The notes beneath the pieces are model-generated. The model did no database searches. It saw only the letters and a program-made list of their open reading frames with translations, and was not told the origin of the DNA. A stretch of 64,000 bases of DNA from Flavobacteriales bacterium. Its GTDB lineage: Bacteria; Bacteroidota; Bacteroidia; Flavobacteriales_F; PHOS-HE28. Every line of letters begins with the position of its first letter. The stretch's first letter is position 1. The position numbers and the translations under genes were made by a program. The stretch covers positions 3,774 to 67,773 of the forward strand of contig JBKDXR010000085.1 of NCBI GenBank assembly GCA_046306055.1, read 5' to 3'. This document shows, one piece after another, positions 35,094 to 45,267 of the stretch.

Positions 35094-37367
35094 ATGCGTA
35101 GATCATACGGCATAGGGTTCGTAATGGCGATGGCCGTGGCACCCGCCGCGGCCTTCGCGCAACCCGACCTGTATGATCCGGGCTCTGTGCGCGAGCTGCG
35201 CTTGTACTTCGATGTACCCGATTGGCGCCATGCGCTGGACAGCTTGTACCTGCTGGGAGAGGATGAACGCCTGCTCGGCGACCTGGTGATCGATGGCACG
35301 CTGCTGCCCGATGTGGGCGTGCGGTACAAGGGCTACAGTTCCTGGGCCAATGGCCGGGCCAAGAACCCCTTCAACATCAAGTTGGACGAGGTGCACGATG
35401 GCCAGGACTACCAGGGCTTCGAGAAGATCAAGCTGAGCAACGTGATCCAGGACCCCTCGTTCCTCCGCGAGGTGATGGCCTATGAAGTGGCCCGCAACTA
35501 CATGCACGCCTCGCGCGCCAGCTATGCCGACCTGTACGTGAACGACACGCTCGTGGGACTTTACACCAGCGTGGAGGATGTGGGCAACGATTTCCTGAAG
35601 GACCATTTCGACGAAAAGAGCGGCCCCTTCTTCAAGGGTAATCCGCCCACCGTCGACCTCACCGGCGAGAACTGCAACCTGGGCGACAGCCCCGGCACCG
35701 ACAGCACCGACTACTACGACCTGTACGACATCCAGTCGGACCACGGCTGGGCGCACCTGCTGGAACTGATCGAGGTGTTGAACAACGCACCGGAGAACAT
35801 CGAGCAAGTGCTGAACGTGGACCGTACGCTGTGGATGCACGCCTTCAACTATGCGCTGATCAACTTCGACAGTTACGTGGGCTACGCCCAGAACTACTAC
35901 ATCTACCGCGATCGTGATGGCCTGTGGAACCCCATCCTCTGGGACCTCAACATGTCCTTCGCGAGCTTCCGCCTCACCGATGCATCCACCTACTGGAACG
36001 GGTTCAGCATCAACCAGGCCATGATCATCGACCCGCTGAGCCACTACAATGGTCCCAGCGTGTTCCCGCGCCCTTTGCTGCGCAACCTGTTCAACAATGC
36101 CATGTACCGCAGGATGTACATCGCCCATCTGCGCACCATCATCACCGAGCAGTTCAACGGACCGGCCTTCCGCGAGCGGGCCTTGCAGCACCAAGCGCTG
36201 ATCGAGGCGCACGTGCAGGCCGACACGAACAAGTTCTACAGCTACCAGTCCTTTCTGGAGAACCTGGACCAGACCGTGAGCTACACCGTGGCTTACCCGG
36301 GCCTCACGCAACTGATGGAAGGACGCGTGGCCTACCTCAACACGTATCCGGGGTTCACGGGCCAGCCGGTGTTCGGTGAGGTGGCCCATGCACCATCCGA
36401 CATCGCCGTGGGCGGTGTGCTCACCATCACGGTGCCAGTGACCAACGCCGATACCGTGTTCCTGGCCTACCGATCCGGAACGAGCGGTGTTTTCCAACGC
36501 ATGGCCATGATGGATGACGGATCGCATGGCGATGGCACTGCGGGCGATGGTGTTTACGGTGCCTTGTTCACCACGACCAGCAACCGCGTGGAGTACTACG
36601 TGTATGCGGAGAACGCCACGGCCGGAGCCTTCTCACCGGCGCGCGCCACGCACGAGACCTACGTGATCCAAACACGGCTGGCCCCGGGCACGCTGGTCAT
36701 CAACGAACTGATGGCCGGCAACCAGGGCCGCGTACTGGACCCCACGGGCGCCTCCTCGGATTGGATAGAGCTGTACAACGCGGGCACGTTCATGCTGTCA
36801 ACGGCCGGTCTGCACCTTTCTGATGAGGAGACCGACCCCACCCGCTGGGCCTTGCCTGACAGGACGTTGGCCCCCGGTGAATACCTGGTGATCTGGGCCG
36901 ACGACCGCACCAGCGTGGGCGACGACCATGCGAACTTCAAGTTGGATGCTGCGGGCGAGACCATCCTGCTGGCCTACGATGCCGATGCCGTGTTGGACCA
37001 AGTGACCTATGGCGAACAGTTCCCCATTTACACGACGGGGCGCATACCCAACGGCACGGGTTCGTTCCAGCGCCTGACACCGACCGTGGGCGGATACAAC
37101 CGCGTGGAGTTCGGAACGGGACCGGAGCGTGTTTTCCAGATCTATCCGAACCCGGCCACCACCGAACTGAACGCCATCGTCGACCTGCCGGGCCCCTTTG
37201 AGGTGCAGGTGTTCCGTTCCGATGGGAGCGCGGTGACCGGTGTACAGGAATACACCGACCGCCACCTCGTACAGCTTTCCACCGTCGGGCTCGCTGCAGG
37301 GCATTACGTCATGCAGGTGCGCACCGCCGATTCCATCATGAGCCAACCCTTCATCCTGCTTCCATGA
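35094..37367 (+). CDS. CotH kinase family protein with choice-of-anchor-like, lamin-tail and T9SS CTD domains
   Basis: VGVRYKGYSS, KNPFNIKLD, DPSFLRE, GLYTSVE, NFDSY...QNYYIY, WDLNMSF; MDDGSHGDGTAGDGVY; LVINELMA...DWIELYN; IYPNPA. Confidence 0.9.
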   Translation: MRRSYGIGFVMAMAVAPAAAFAQPDLYDPGSVRELRLYFDVPDWRHALDSLYLLGEDERLLGDLVIDGTLLPDVGVRYKGYSSWANGRAKNPFNIKLDEVHDGQDYQGFEKIKLSNVIQDPSFLREVMAYEVARNYMHASRASYADLYVNDTLVGLYTSVEDVGNDFLKDHFDEKSGPFFKGNPPTVDLTGENCNLGDSPGTDSTDYYDLYDIQSDHGWAHLLELIEVLNNAPENIEQVLNVDRTLWMHAFNYALINFDSYVGYAQNYYIYRDRDGLWNPILWDLNMSFASFRLTDASTYWNGFSINQAMIIDPLSHYNGPSVFPRPLLRNLFNNAMYRRMYIAHLRTIITEQFNGPAFRERALQHQALIEAHVQADTNKFYSYQSFLENLDQTVSYTVAYPGLTQLMEGRVAYLNTYPGFTGQPVFGEVAHAPSDIAVGGVLTITVPVTNADTVFLAYRSGTSGVFQRMAMMDDGSHGDGTAGDGVYGALFTTTSNRVEYYVYAENATAGAFSPARATHETYVIQTRLAPGTLVINELMAGNQGRVLDPTGASSDWIELYNAGTFMLSTAGLHLSDEETDPTRWALPDRTLAPGEYLVIWADDRTSVGDDHANFKLDAAGETILLAYDADAVLDQVTYGEQFPIYTTGRIPNGTGSFQRLTPTVGGYNRVEFGTGPERVFQIYPNPATTELNAIVDLPGPFEVQVFRSDGSAVTGVQEYTDRHLVQLSTVGLAAGHYVMQVRTADSIMSQPFILLP

Positions 37368-38584
37368 ACCGACTGCTTACTCTCCTTTTGATCGCGCCAA
37401 TCCTCTCTATAAGCGCACAGACCTTCACGTCGTGGACCACAGCGAACGGACTTCCTTCGGATGATGTGCGCGATGTGGCCGTAGCTGCGGATGGCACGCT
37501 GTGGTTCGCCACGGCACTGGGTGTGGCCGCGTTCGATGGTACCACCTTCACGGTGCACAACACCACCACGCATCCGGGGCTCGCCAACAACGATACGTAC
37601 GCCATTGCGATTGCCGCCTCGGGTGATGTCTGGGTGGGAACGGACTTCGGCGTGAGCGTTTACGATGGCAGCACCTACACCACCTACACCACGGCCAACG
37701 GATTGGGCGACGATGCGGTGAAGAACATCAAGCAGGCGCCCAACGGCGATGTGTGGATAGCCACGATCAACGGGGCCACGAAGTTCACGGGAGGGACCTT
37801 CACCGCCTTCGGCATGCCGCAGATCCCTTTCGGTGGCGCCATGCACATTGCCTTCGCCAATAACGGTGATGTGCTCCTGAGCGGCGGATTGGCCGGCGTG
37901 GTGGTATACAACGGCACCACGTTCACCACCATCGGTACGACCGATGGCCTCGTCAGCGGACGTGTGCGCAGCATCGCCGTGGACGGCGCGCAGAACAAGT
38001 GGGTGGCCACCGCCGAAGGCATCTCGGTGCTCAACGCATCCAATGCCCACACCGCGGACCATTTGAACGTGTTCATCCTGCCACCCCCTGATGAGCTCAA
38101 TCCCATCACCGATGTGGTGATCGATCAGAGTGGTCGCATCTGGGCCGGCGTGTACGTGGACTACCTCGTTACGGTGGGTGGCGTGAGCTACTTCACCGAT
38201 GGAGCGTGGGGCCAGTTCGAGGAGAGCGATGGACTGGCCGGTCCCAATGTGCGCCGCCTGGCCGTGGATGCCGATAACGACATCTGGGTGACCACCAGCA
38301 CGGGCATCACCGAGATCAGCAATATCAGCATCGGCATGGCAGAGCGCGCGATCTCCGGGAGCTTTGCCCTGTTCCCGAACCCGGCGAGCTCAGTTGTGGA
38401 GATCGTTCGCGATGCTACGACCTCCGGCCTGGTGGAAGTGGAGCTCCGCGATGCAGCCGGTCGACTGATCAGCATCACGACCACTGCTTCGGACCGCCTT
38501 TACATGGATGTGTCGGCCCTGGATGCGGGCCTGTACAGTGTGCGCATCGGCGACCGGGTGCGGAAGCTGCTCGTGCAGCACTGA
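37364..38584 (+). CDS. Regulator-propeller repeat protein with T9SS CTD
   Basis: Repeated TTANGL...V..IA.D..G..W.AT..G blades; LFPNPA...GLYSVRI; ATGA overlap. Confidence 0.87.
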   Translation: MNRLLTLLLIAPILSISAQTFTSWTTANGLPSDDVRDVAVAADGTLWFATALGVAAFDGTTFTVHNTTTHPGLANNDTYAIAIAASGDVWVGTDFGVSVYDGSTYTTYTTANGLGDDAVKNIKQAPNGDVWIATINGATKFTGGTFTAFGMPQIPFGGAMHIAFANNGDVLLSGGLAGVVVYNGTTFTTIGTTDGLVSGRVRSIAVDGAQNKWVATAEGISVLNASNAHTADHLNVFILPPPDELNPITDVVIDQSGRIWAGVYVDYLVTVGGVSYFTDGAWGQFEESDGLAGPNVRRLAVDADNDIWVTTSTGITEISNISIGMAERAISGSFALFPNPASSVVEIVRDATTSGLVEVELRDAAGRLISITTTASDRLYMDVSALDAGLYSVRIGDRVRKLLVQH

Positions 38585-38599
38585 TCGGCGTCCCGCGGT

Positions 38600-38902
38600 T
38601 CAACGCGGGTGTCGGAGCGGTCCCTTGCCTTCCCAGGCATCCACTTGCAGGGGATCGCCCAGCCGGAAGAGCACCGGGAAGCGCAGCTTGCGTTCCAGCT
38701 GGACGTCCAGCTTGCAGAAGAGCCCCAGGTGGTCATAGCGCCACGGCGAGGGTAATGATGCTGGCGTGAGAGCGGGGGCCTGCACCACGGCAGGCAACGC
38801 GGTGGGCTGCAACAGCGGCTGGCCATGGGCCTGCACCATGCCGCCCCAGCCGATCATGACGAACAGGCTGCGGAGGATGAGCGGATAGGCCTTGGGCATC
38901 AT
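38600..38902 (-). CDS. Small exported hypothetical protein
   Basis: LGLFCKLDVQLERKLRFPVLFRLG...EGK motif, recalled from conserved Bacteroidota hypotheticals. Confidence 0.7.
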   Translation of the reverse strand: MMPKAYPLILRSLFVMIGWGGMVQAHGQPLLQPTALPAVVQAPALTPASLPSPWRYDHLGLFCKLDVQLERKLRFPVLFRLGDPLQVDAWEGKGPLRHPR

Positions 38903-38918
38903 GGGAAGCTGGTGCGAG

Positions 38919-39263
38919 CTACGAACCGGTGAGCACCGACAACACATCACGGTAGGTGATGCCGAGGTGCGACGTGGTGTGAACGCAGCGCCCGTTCCGG
39001 ATCACGAGCACCTGCGGCGAGGCATGTTCCACCTCGTACCGCTCGGCAATGGCGTTGGAGACATCGCGGTGGCGCAGCAGGTCCAGGTAGTAGGCCGAGT
39101 GGGTGGAGTCATCGCCGCTGGTCCAGGCGCTCTCCATGCGGTGCAGCGCGGCGGTGGAAATGCTGCACCGCGTGCTGTGTTTGAACAGGAGCACGGGACG
39201 TTCTGCGGAAGCAGCGTCGATGGCGTCGAGCTGCGAAAGGTCGGTGAGGGGAAGCCAGTTCAT
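38919..39263 (-). CDS. ytxJ: Bacillithiol system redox-active protein YtxJ (DUF2847)
   Basis: LFKHSTRCSIS, YYLDLLRHRDVSNAIA, HASPQVLVI. Confidence 0.9.
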   Translation of the reverse strand: MNWLPLTDLSQLDAIDAASAERPVLLFKHSTRCSISTAALHRMESAWTSGDDSTHSAYYLDLLRHRDVSNAIAERYEVEHASPQVLVIRNGRCVHTTSHLGITYRDVLSVLTGS

Positions 39264-39515
39264 GGAAGGGGCGGTACAAAGATCATGGTTCGTCGGCCAC
39301 GGTGAACGGTGATGCGGGTCACCTGCCATGCTGATGGCGGCGCACTGCGCGTATATTGGGGAAGTGCCGGTGACGATAAAGTCGTCAAGCCCCGGAGCCG
39401 TTCTGTTCACCTTCAATACATGTTCAATGCTCCTGAACGCAGGGCCTTGTTGTCCTCTTCCCTGATCGCCCCTGCGGGTCCACCCGTTCCCGAAGCGATG
39501 CCGAACTTGCGGCCG

Positions 39516-41870
39516 ATGACCGCTGCGGAGAACCACGTGGAGACCGAAATGGCCGTGCTGGCCGCCCAGTTCGTGAACAGCACGAACCGCCATGTGTTCC
39601 TCACGGGCAAGGCCGGTACTGGCAAGACCACCTTCCTGCGGCGCCTGGCCAACAGTACCCACAAACGCTACGTGATCCTGGCACCCACCGGCATCGCCGC
39701 TCTGAACGCGGGAGGCGTCACCATCCACAGCCAGTTCCTGCTGCCGTTCGGCTCGTACATCCCCGAGCCGCAACTGCCGCCCGACATTCCCGAGTACGGT
39801 GCCTTCCACGACCGGGGCACGCTCACCCGCCGCCATCCACTGAACGCCCTGCGCCGCAACGTACTGCGCGATGTGGACCTGCTGATCATCGACGAGGTGA
39901 GCATGCTGCGGGCCGACCTGCTCGATGCCATCGACTTCCGTATGCGCAGTGTACGGCAGCGCTGGGGACAGCCCTTCGGTGGGGCACAGGTGCTGATGAT
40001 CGGCGACCTGTTCCAGCTGCCGCCCGTGGTGAAGGACGACGAATGGAACGTGCTGCGGCGCTGGTATGGCAGCATGCACTTCTTCGAGGCGCGTGCACTG
40101 AAGGAGAGCGGTTACGCCCACATCGAACTGGACAAGATCTTCCGCCAGCAGGACGACCGTTTCATCCGCATCCTGAACAACCTGCGCGACAACAAGGTGA
40201 CCGCGGCCGATGTGGAGGAGCTCAACACGCACTACCGTCCGCAACTGGCCAACGAGGACACCGAGGGCATCATCACCCTGACCACCCACAACCGCACGGC
40301 CGACGACCTGAACCAACGTGCGCTGGACAAGCTGCCCGGCGAACTGAAACGCTTCGAGGCCGCGGTGGAAGGCGATTTCCCCGAGAGCATGTTCCCGGTG
40401 CTACGCGATCTGGCGTTGAAGGAAGGCGCCCAGCTCATGTTCACCCGCAACGACCCCGAGAAGGCCTACTTCAATGGGAAGCTCGCGAACGTGGAGACGA
40501 TAGCCGATGGCGTGATCACGGTACGCATGATCGACACCGGCATGCCGTACAAGTTGAAGCGCGAGACCTGGGAGAACAAGCGCTACGTCATCGACCCGGT
40601 CACCAAGGAGCAGAAGGAGCAGGTGCTCGGCACCTTCGAGCAATACCCGGTAAAACTGGCGTGGGCCATCACGGTACATAAGAGCCAGGGCCTCACCTTC
40701 GACAAGGCCATCATCGATGTGGGGCAGGCCTTCGCACCGGGCCAGGTGTATGTTGCGCTATCCCGCCTCCGCTCGTTGGAGGGCCTTCTACTTCGCACGC
40801 GCATCGATCCCGCGGTGGTCAGCACCGATCGGGACGTGATGGCCTTCAGTGAGCGCCGTCATGCCCAGCAGCCATTGCCGGAACAACTGCGCGAGCAACA
40901 GCGACACTACTTGCAGGTAGTGCTCACCAGTACCTTCGATCTAGGCGATCTGTTGAAGCGCGCGGCTTACATCCAGAAGGACCACACCGAGGTGGCCGAG
41001 TTCGAGGATGAGAGCATGAAGACCGCGCTGACCCGCTTTCACGGGAAGTTGGAGCGCGAGGAGGAGAATACCCGCAAGTTCCAGGGGCAGCTCTTGCGGC
41101 TGCTCCATGCGGATGATCGGGGTGCGCTGCTGGACCGCATTGCCAAGGGCGGTGATTATTACACTGGTCTGCTCACTACGAGCATGAAGGAACTGCTCCA
41201 GCACCTGGCCCAGGTGGACATGCTGAGCCGTACCAAACAGTACAGCGACGACCTGCGCGAACTGGACGGCATGCTCGTGAAGAAACTGGCCCAATTGGCC
41301 AAGGCGGCCCACATCACCACCTGCATACTGAACGGGGAAGAGGTGAAGCGCGTGCCGGACATCGAAAAGCATATCGCCGCGCAGCGCACGGCCCTGGTGC
41401 AGGAGGTGCGGTCGTGGGCGGAGGACCATGCTCCGGAGACCAGCCGCAAGACCGGCCGCAAGCGACGCCGCGACGCCGAGGAATGGGAGGTGCCCGAGGT
41501 GGAGACCCGGCCGCGCAGGGCCAAAGGAGGAGGGAAGGAGAAGAAGGAGAAGAAGCTGAAGGGCGAGACCTACCTGAAGACCTATGTGCTGATCAAGGAG
41601 GGCAAGGGGCTGGCCGAGGTCGCAGCCGAGCGCAGCATGTCGCTAAGCACGATTGAGGGCCATGCGGCACGCGGTATTGCCGAGGACGTGCTGCACATCG
41701 ATGACCTGATGCCTGCGGAGCACCAAGAGCCCATTGCGGACTGGATGCGCGCACACCCGGAGCAGGGCCTGAACGAAGCCCGTGCGCACTTCGGCGATCG
41801 CTACACCTACGGCCAGTTGCGCATGGTGCAGGCATGGGTGCGCAAGGAAAAGGAACAGGAGGGAGCGTAG
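39516..41870 (+). CDS. PIF1/RecD-like SF1B helicase with C-terminal HTH
   Basis: FLTGKAGTGKTT, APTGIAA, IIDEVSM, GDLFQLPPV, QYPVKLAWAITVHKSQGLTFD, GQVYVALSR. Confidence 0.92.
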   Translation: MTAAENHVETEMAVLAAQFVNSTNRHVFLTGKAGTGKTTFLRRLANSTHKRYVILAPTGIAALNAGGVTIHSQFLLPFGSYIPEPQLPPDIPEYGAFHDRGTLTRRHPLNALRRNVLRDVDLLIIDEVSMLRADLLDAIDFRMRSVRQRWGQPFGGAQVLMIGDLFQLPPVVKDDEWNVLRRWYGSMHFFEARALKESGYAHIELDKIFRQQDDRFIRILNNLRDNKVTAADVEELNTHYRPQLANEDTEGIITLTTHNRTADDLNQRALDKLPGELKRFEAAVEGDFPESMFPVLRDLALKEGAQLMFTRNDPEKAYFNGKLANVETIADGVITVRMIDTGMPYKLKRETWENKRYVIDPVTKEQKEQVLGTFEQYPVKLAWAITVHKSQGLTFDKAIIDVGQAFAPGQVYVALSRLRSLEGLLLRTRIDPAVVSTDRDVMAFSERRHAQQPLPEQLREQQRHYLQVVLTSTFDLGDLLKRAAYIQKDHTEVAEFEDESMKTALTRFHGKLEREEENTRKFQGQLLRLLHADDRGALLDRIAKGGDYYTGLLTTSMKELLQHLAQVDMLSRTKQYSDDLRELDGMLVKKLAQLAKAAHITTCILNGEEVKRVPDIEKHIAAQRTALVQEVRSWAEDHAPETSRKTGRKRRRDAEEWEVPEVETRPRRAKGGGKEKKEKKLKGETYLKTYVLIKEGKGLAEVAAERSMSLSTIEGHAARGIAEDVLHIDDLMPAEHQEPIADWMRAHPEQGLNEARAHFGDRYTYGQLRMVQAWVRKEKEQEGA

Positions 41871-41901
41871 CGCCCCCTCCCGACCGAACGGCCCGCACCC
41901 A

Positions 41902-43650
41902 CTACGCGGGCTGTTGTCCCAATTCCTTCAGCATCCGGCCGATCTCCGCGAAACTGCTGGCCTCGAACTTCAATGTGGGCCTTTCGTTGGGGGAGATGGT
42001 CTTGCGGCACACGTGCGCACGACCATCGATCACGGTGTACGCGAAGAGCACGGCCGGTTCGTTGCGCGCAACGGGAGGCGAGGCCAGCTCGCCCCAGCCA
42101 TTGCGGCCCATTTGCAGGATGCTGCGCATCTTCGTGAACACCACGAATGCCTCTGTCTGCTTGGGTGTATCGCCCTTGGTGATGACCTGGTACTTCTGCG
42201 ATTCCTGCAGGTTGATGAAGCGGTCGCAGTTGATCCATCCGAGCTGTGCCGTACTGAACACATAGGCCTGCAGACCACCCATGTCCGCCGTGCCCATGCT
42301 GTCGGCGCGCAGGGTGTATTGCCGCAGGCTCTCTGCGCGCACCTTGCTCCAGTTCGCCACCAGCGAATCGTACCGGGCCCGTTGGGGAGCGTACATCGCG
42401 TTGTAGCGTTCCAGCATCGGTGTGTACACGTCCGCGTACCAGGCCGCGTATTCTGCCGCCTGCTGTTCCTGCCATGCGGCCATGCGCTCGTGGTAGCGCT
42501 GCAAGCGCTCGGGGAAGCTGCTGCATTCGGCATCGTAAGTAACCACCTTGCGCTCGTACTTGGCCATCAGCGCAGCGTGCCGTTCCAAGGCTGCGGCGTA
42601 GCGTGCCTTGCTCATCCGTTCCACACGCTTGGGCGCCAGGAAGGCCCACCAAGGGCTGTAGGCGGTATAGCTCTCGCGGCGCGGTGCCACTGGTTCGCGA
42701 GGCAGCACGGGTTCCACGGGTTTCACGGGCCTGCCCTTCAGGTCCTGCACATGCACCGGAAGCTTGTATGAAAAGCTGGGCGGCGTGGGGTAGCGTGGTT
42801 CACGCCAGGTGCTCACCGCCGTCTCCTTCAGCGGCTGTGCTGTGGCGGTCCAATCGGCGCCATCACTACTGAGGAAAAGCTCCATGTCCGGCTTGCGCTG
42901 TTGCAGGGGCACGGCCACGTTCATGGGCGATGCGGCTGCGAGGCGCAGGGCGTTGCCGTTGGCATCGGTGGCCTGCACACGCAGCATGCCACCGGTCTCC
43001 AGCATTCGCTCACCACTGCGGGTGCTCAGCTGGTGGGCCAGCATGGCCTGTAAACCGAGCGCTTCGGTCATTTCCACTTGCACGGGTCCGTTCACGGGGC
43101 GACCTTGTGCATCCATGAACGCACCAGCCTCGAAACGCACCTGAACACCGGCCGCACCGATGATGGTCTGGTCCTGCGTGGGGTCGATGGTGAACCGTTG
43201 GATGCTGCCTTCCATCAAGGCCCTGCGCAGTTCCTCCGTATCGGCGAAATAGTGGCGCGTGAAGGTCACTTTCACCCGGCGGTTCAGCGCCATGCCCTGC
43301 TCGTTGCGGTTGCTGGCCATGGGGTCCAGCTCCCCGAAGCGGTCCACCGTCACCAGGCGTTGATCGGCACCTTTGTTCGCCAGGTATTGCGCAACGGTCG
43401 CGGCGCGGGCTTCGGACAACGCCTCGTTGTAGGCGAGGTCGCCGTCGCTGTCGGTGTGGCCCTGCACCACGAACCCGTAATCGCCAAGGAGGGTGAGCGT
43501 GGCTATCAGGCTGTCGAGCTGTGCCACCGCCGTTGGCGTCAGCTCACTGCGGTCCTTGTCAAAGTGGACATGGAGTTCCACGACGGTCGTGGAGGCCATG
43601 CCGAGCGTGGCCAGGAGAAGGCTCAGTAGAAGAAGGAGTGTGCGTGCCAT
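41902..43650 (-). CDS. OmpA-domain protein with large C-terminal extension
   Basis: Signal peptide; GHTDSDG..YNEALSEARA..V..YL...NRRV; later LETGGM and LGWINCDRF motifs. Confidence 0.87.
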   Translation of the reverse strand: MARTLLLLLSLLLATLGMASTTVVELHVHFDKDRSELTPTAVAQLDSLIATLTLLGDYGFVVQGHTDSDGDLAYNEALSEARAATVAQYLANKGADQRLVTVDRFGELDPMASNRNEQGMALNRRVKVTFTRHYFADTEELRRALMEGSIQRFTIDPTQDQTIIGAAGVQVRFEAGAFMDAQGRPVNGPVQVEMTEALGLQAMLAHQLSTRSGERMLETGGMLRVQATDANGNALRLAAASPMNVAVPLQQRKPDMELFLSSDGADWTATAQPLKETAVSTWREPRYPTPPSFSYKLPVHVQDLKGRPVKPVEPVLPREPVAPRRESYTAYSPWWAFLAPKRVERMSKARYAAALERHAALMAKYERKVVTYDAECSSFPERLQRYHERMAAWQEQQAAEYAAWYADVYTPMLERYNAMYAPQRARYDSLVANWSKVRAESLRQYTLRADSMGTADMGGLQAYVFSTAQLGWINCDRFINLQESQKYQVITKGDTPKQTEAFVVFTKMRSILQMGRNGWGELASPPVARNEPAVLFAYTVIDGRAHVCRKTISPNERPTLKFEASSFAEIGRMLKELGQQPA

Positions 43651-43779
43651 GAGTGTGGGTATTGGGTCGGTTCTGTGTTGGGCGCCTGCCCTTTGACCCT
43701 TAATGCACATTGTGTGAAAAGGTGACCCTCATGCCAGGACCGGTCACAATTAATGATGGTCCTGTGCTAGCTTCGGACC

Positions 43780-44619
43780 ATGGCGCTGGATATCCATGCA
43801 CCCGATGCCCAGGGCTTCATTCCGGGGGTGTACAACCATTGCGACCGGCGTTGTGAGCGGTGCCGGTTCGTGCGGCAATGCCGGGTGGGCGCCGTGGATG
43901 TGGATGATGTGGGAGAGGCCGAGGATGCCATCGGCAGCGAAGGACCGGAGGACCTGCGCGAGCGGCTGGTGAGGTTGATGAACATGCCGCCTTTGGAAGC
44001 GGATGATCAGGACGAGGACGAAGAAGAAGGGATGGAGCTCGACCTTGATCCCGCCGACCTGGAACCCACGGCTGAAGAGATCACGGAACAGGAACGAGCG
44101 AGGCAGGCCCTGGAGGCACACCCGCTATCCACCATGGGCCTGGCCTACATGGACCTGGTGGATGAATGGATGGAGCCGCGCGAGGAGATGCTCACCGCGA
44201 AAGGCATCCTGGTGCATCGTCATCAGGAGCTCAGTGTTGCCGCAGCTCTGCGCACTCCGGAACTGCTGGTGCTCAGCGAGGCTCTGGACGAGATCGGTTG
44301 GTTCAAGACCATGCTGCACGTGAAATGCCAGCGCGCTGTAAGTGGCAAGCTGGAGGATACCGAATGGATGGCGGCCATGGACATGGACCCGCTGCAAAGC
44401 GACTGGAACGGCACGGCCAAACTGTGCAAGGAGATCGTCCAACGCTGTACGGCGGCCTGGGAGCTCGTGTCCGAGCTGATGCCTGGGGAGGCCGATGGCC
44501 TGGTGGCGATGCTCGAGCTATTGCGAAGGATCGGTGAGGAACTGTACAAGGAGTTCCCCGATACGGACCGCTTCATTCGCCCGGGTTGGGACGCCCCCCG
44601 TCAGCCTTCGGAGAGGTAA
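43780..44619 (+). CDS. Acidic hypothetical protein with N-terminal Cys cluster
   Basis: YNHCDRRCERCRFVRQC; DWNGTAK; FIRPGWD. Confidence 0.8.
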   Translation: MALDIHAPDAQGFIPGVYNHCDRRCERCRFVRQCRVGAVDVDDVGEAEDAIGSEGPEDLRERLVRLMNMPPLEADDQDEDEEEGMELDLDPADLEPTAEEITEQERARQALEAHPLSTMGLAYMDLVDEWMEPREEMLTAKGILVHRHQELSVAAALRTPELLVLSEALDEIGWFKTMLHVKCQRAVSGKLEDTEWMAAMDMDPLQSDWNGTAKLCKEIVQRCTAAWELVSELMPGEADGLVAMLELLRRIGEELYKEFPDTDRFIRPGWDAPRQPSER

Positions 44620-45203
44620 AGACCGGCGCCCACGATCCAGGTGATCAGGAAGGTAAGATAGGCCAACCGGAGGGGCAGGTATTTGCGGCGGGAAATGAAC
44701 CGGCCATGTGCATGGATCTCCTCCAGGATGGCATCGTGTGAGCGTGGGGGGGAACTCATCACACGGTGCATATGGCGCTTGAATTCAGGAAGGCTCAACC
44801 CGATGAAGGTGGTGAAGTGGAGAATGTTGAACGGAATTTGTGAGGTGCCGGTATCCGGTCGCTCCGTGAAGAACAGCGGGCTTTTGGGCACGGTGGACCA
44901 GGCACTCAGGATAATGGTGGTGAGGGCGCCGACCGCGATCACCCAGTAGTGGGCAATGGGGCCGGTAACCGTATGGTCCGAGACCTTCACCAGCGAGAAC
45001 TGCAGCATGACCGCAGACAAGGTGAGCATGAGGTTCGCCTTCAGGTCGCTCATCTGACTGGCTGTCATTAGGTTCCATCGCGTCTGCATCAGCAGCGAAT
45101 CACGATGGTCCGCGACGTACGGGTCGACATCCTCATACCGAAGGGGCACTTCCGGAGGGCTGTTCAGTGCGTTGTTTCCTGGGACCTCTTCGGTTGTTTC
45201 CAT
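44601..45203 (-). CDS. Pycsar-effector-like (DUF5706) TM protein, no adjacent cyclase
   Basis: SQMSDLKANLMLT, two TMs, NILHF..F...EF, G..ISRRKY..LRLAY..F. Confidence 0.8.
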   Translation of the reverse strand: METTEEVPGNNALNSPPEVPLRYEDVDPYVADHRDSLLMQTRWNLMTASQMSDLKANLMLTLSAVMLQFSLVKVSDHTVTGPIAHYWVIAVGALTTIILSAWSTVPKSPLFFTERPDTGTSQIPFNILHFTTFIGLSLPEFKRHMHRVMSSPPRSHDAILEEIHAHGRFISRRKYLPLRLAYLTFLITWIVGAGLYLSEG

Positions 45204-45267
45204 TGCATCAAAGTCATTCACCGAGGACAAGATAATGCCCCCGTCCGTAGCTCCGCAGGAAGGTCCG

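Noticed and set aside
43780-44619. Radical SAM enzyme (CxxxCxxC in CDRRCERC)
   Set aside because: The rest of the protein is acidic and helical with no radical-SAM barrel motifs. An extra Cys suggests a simple metal-binding cluster.
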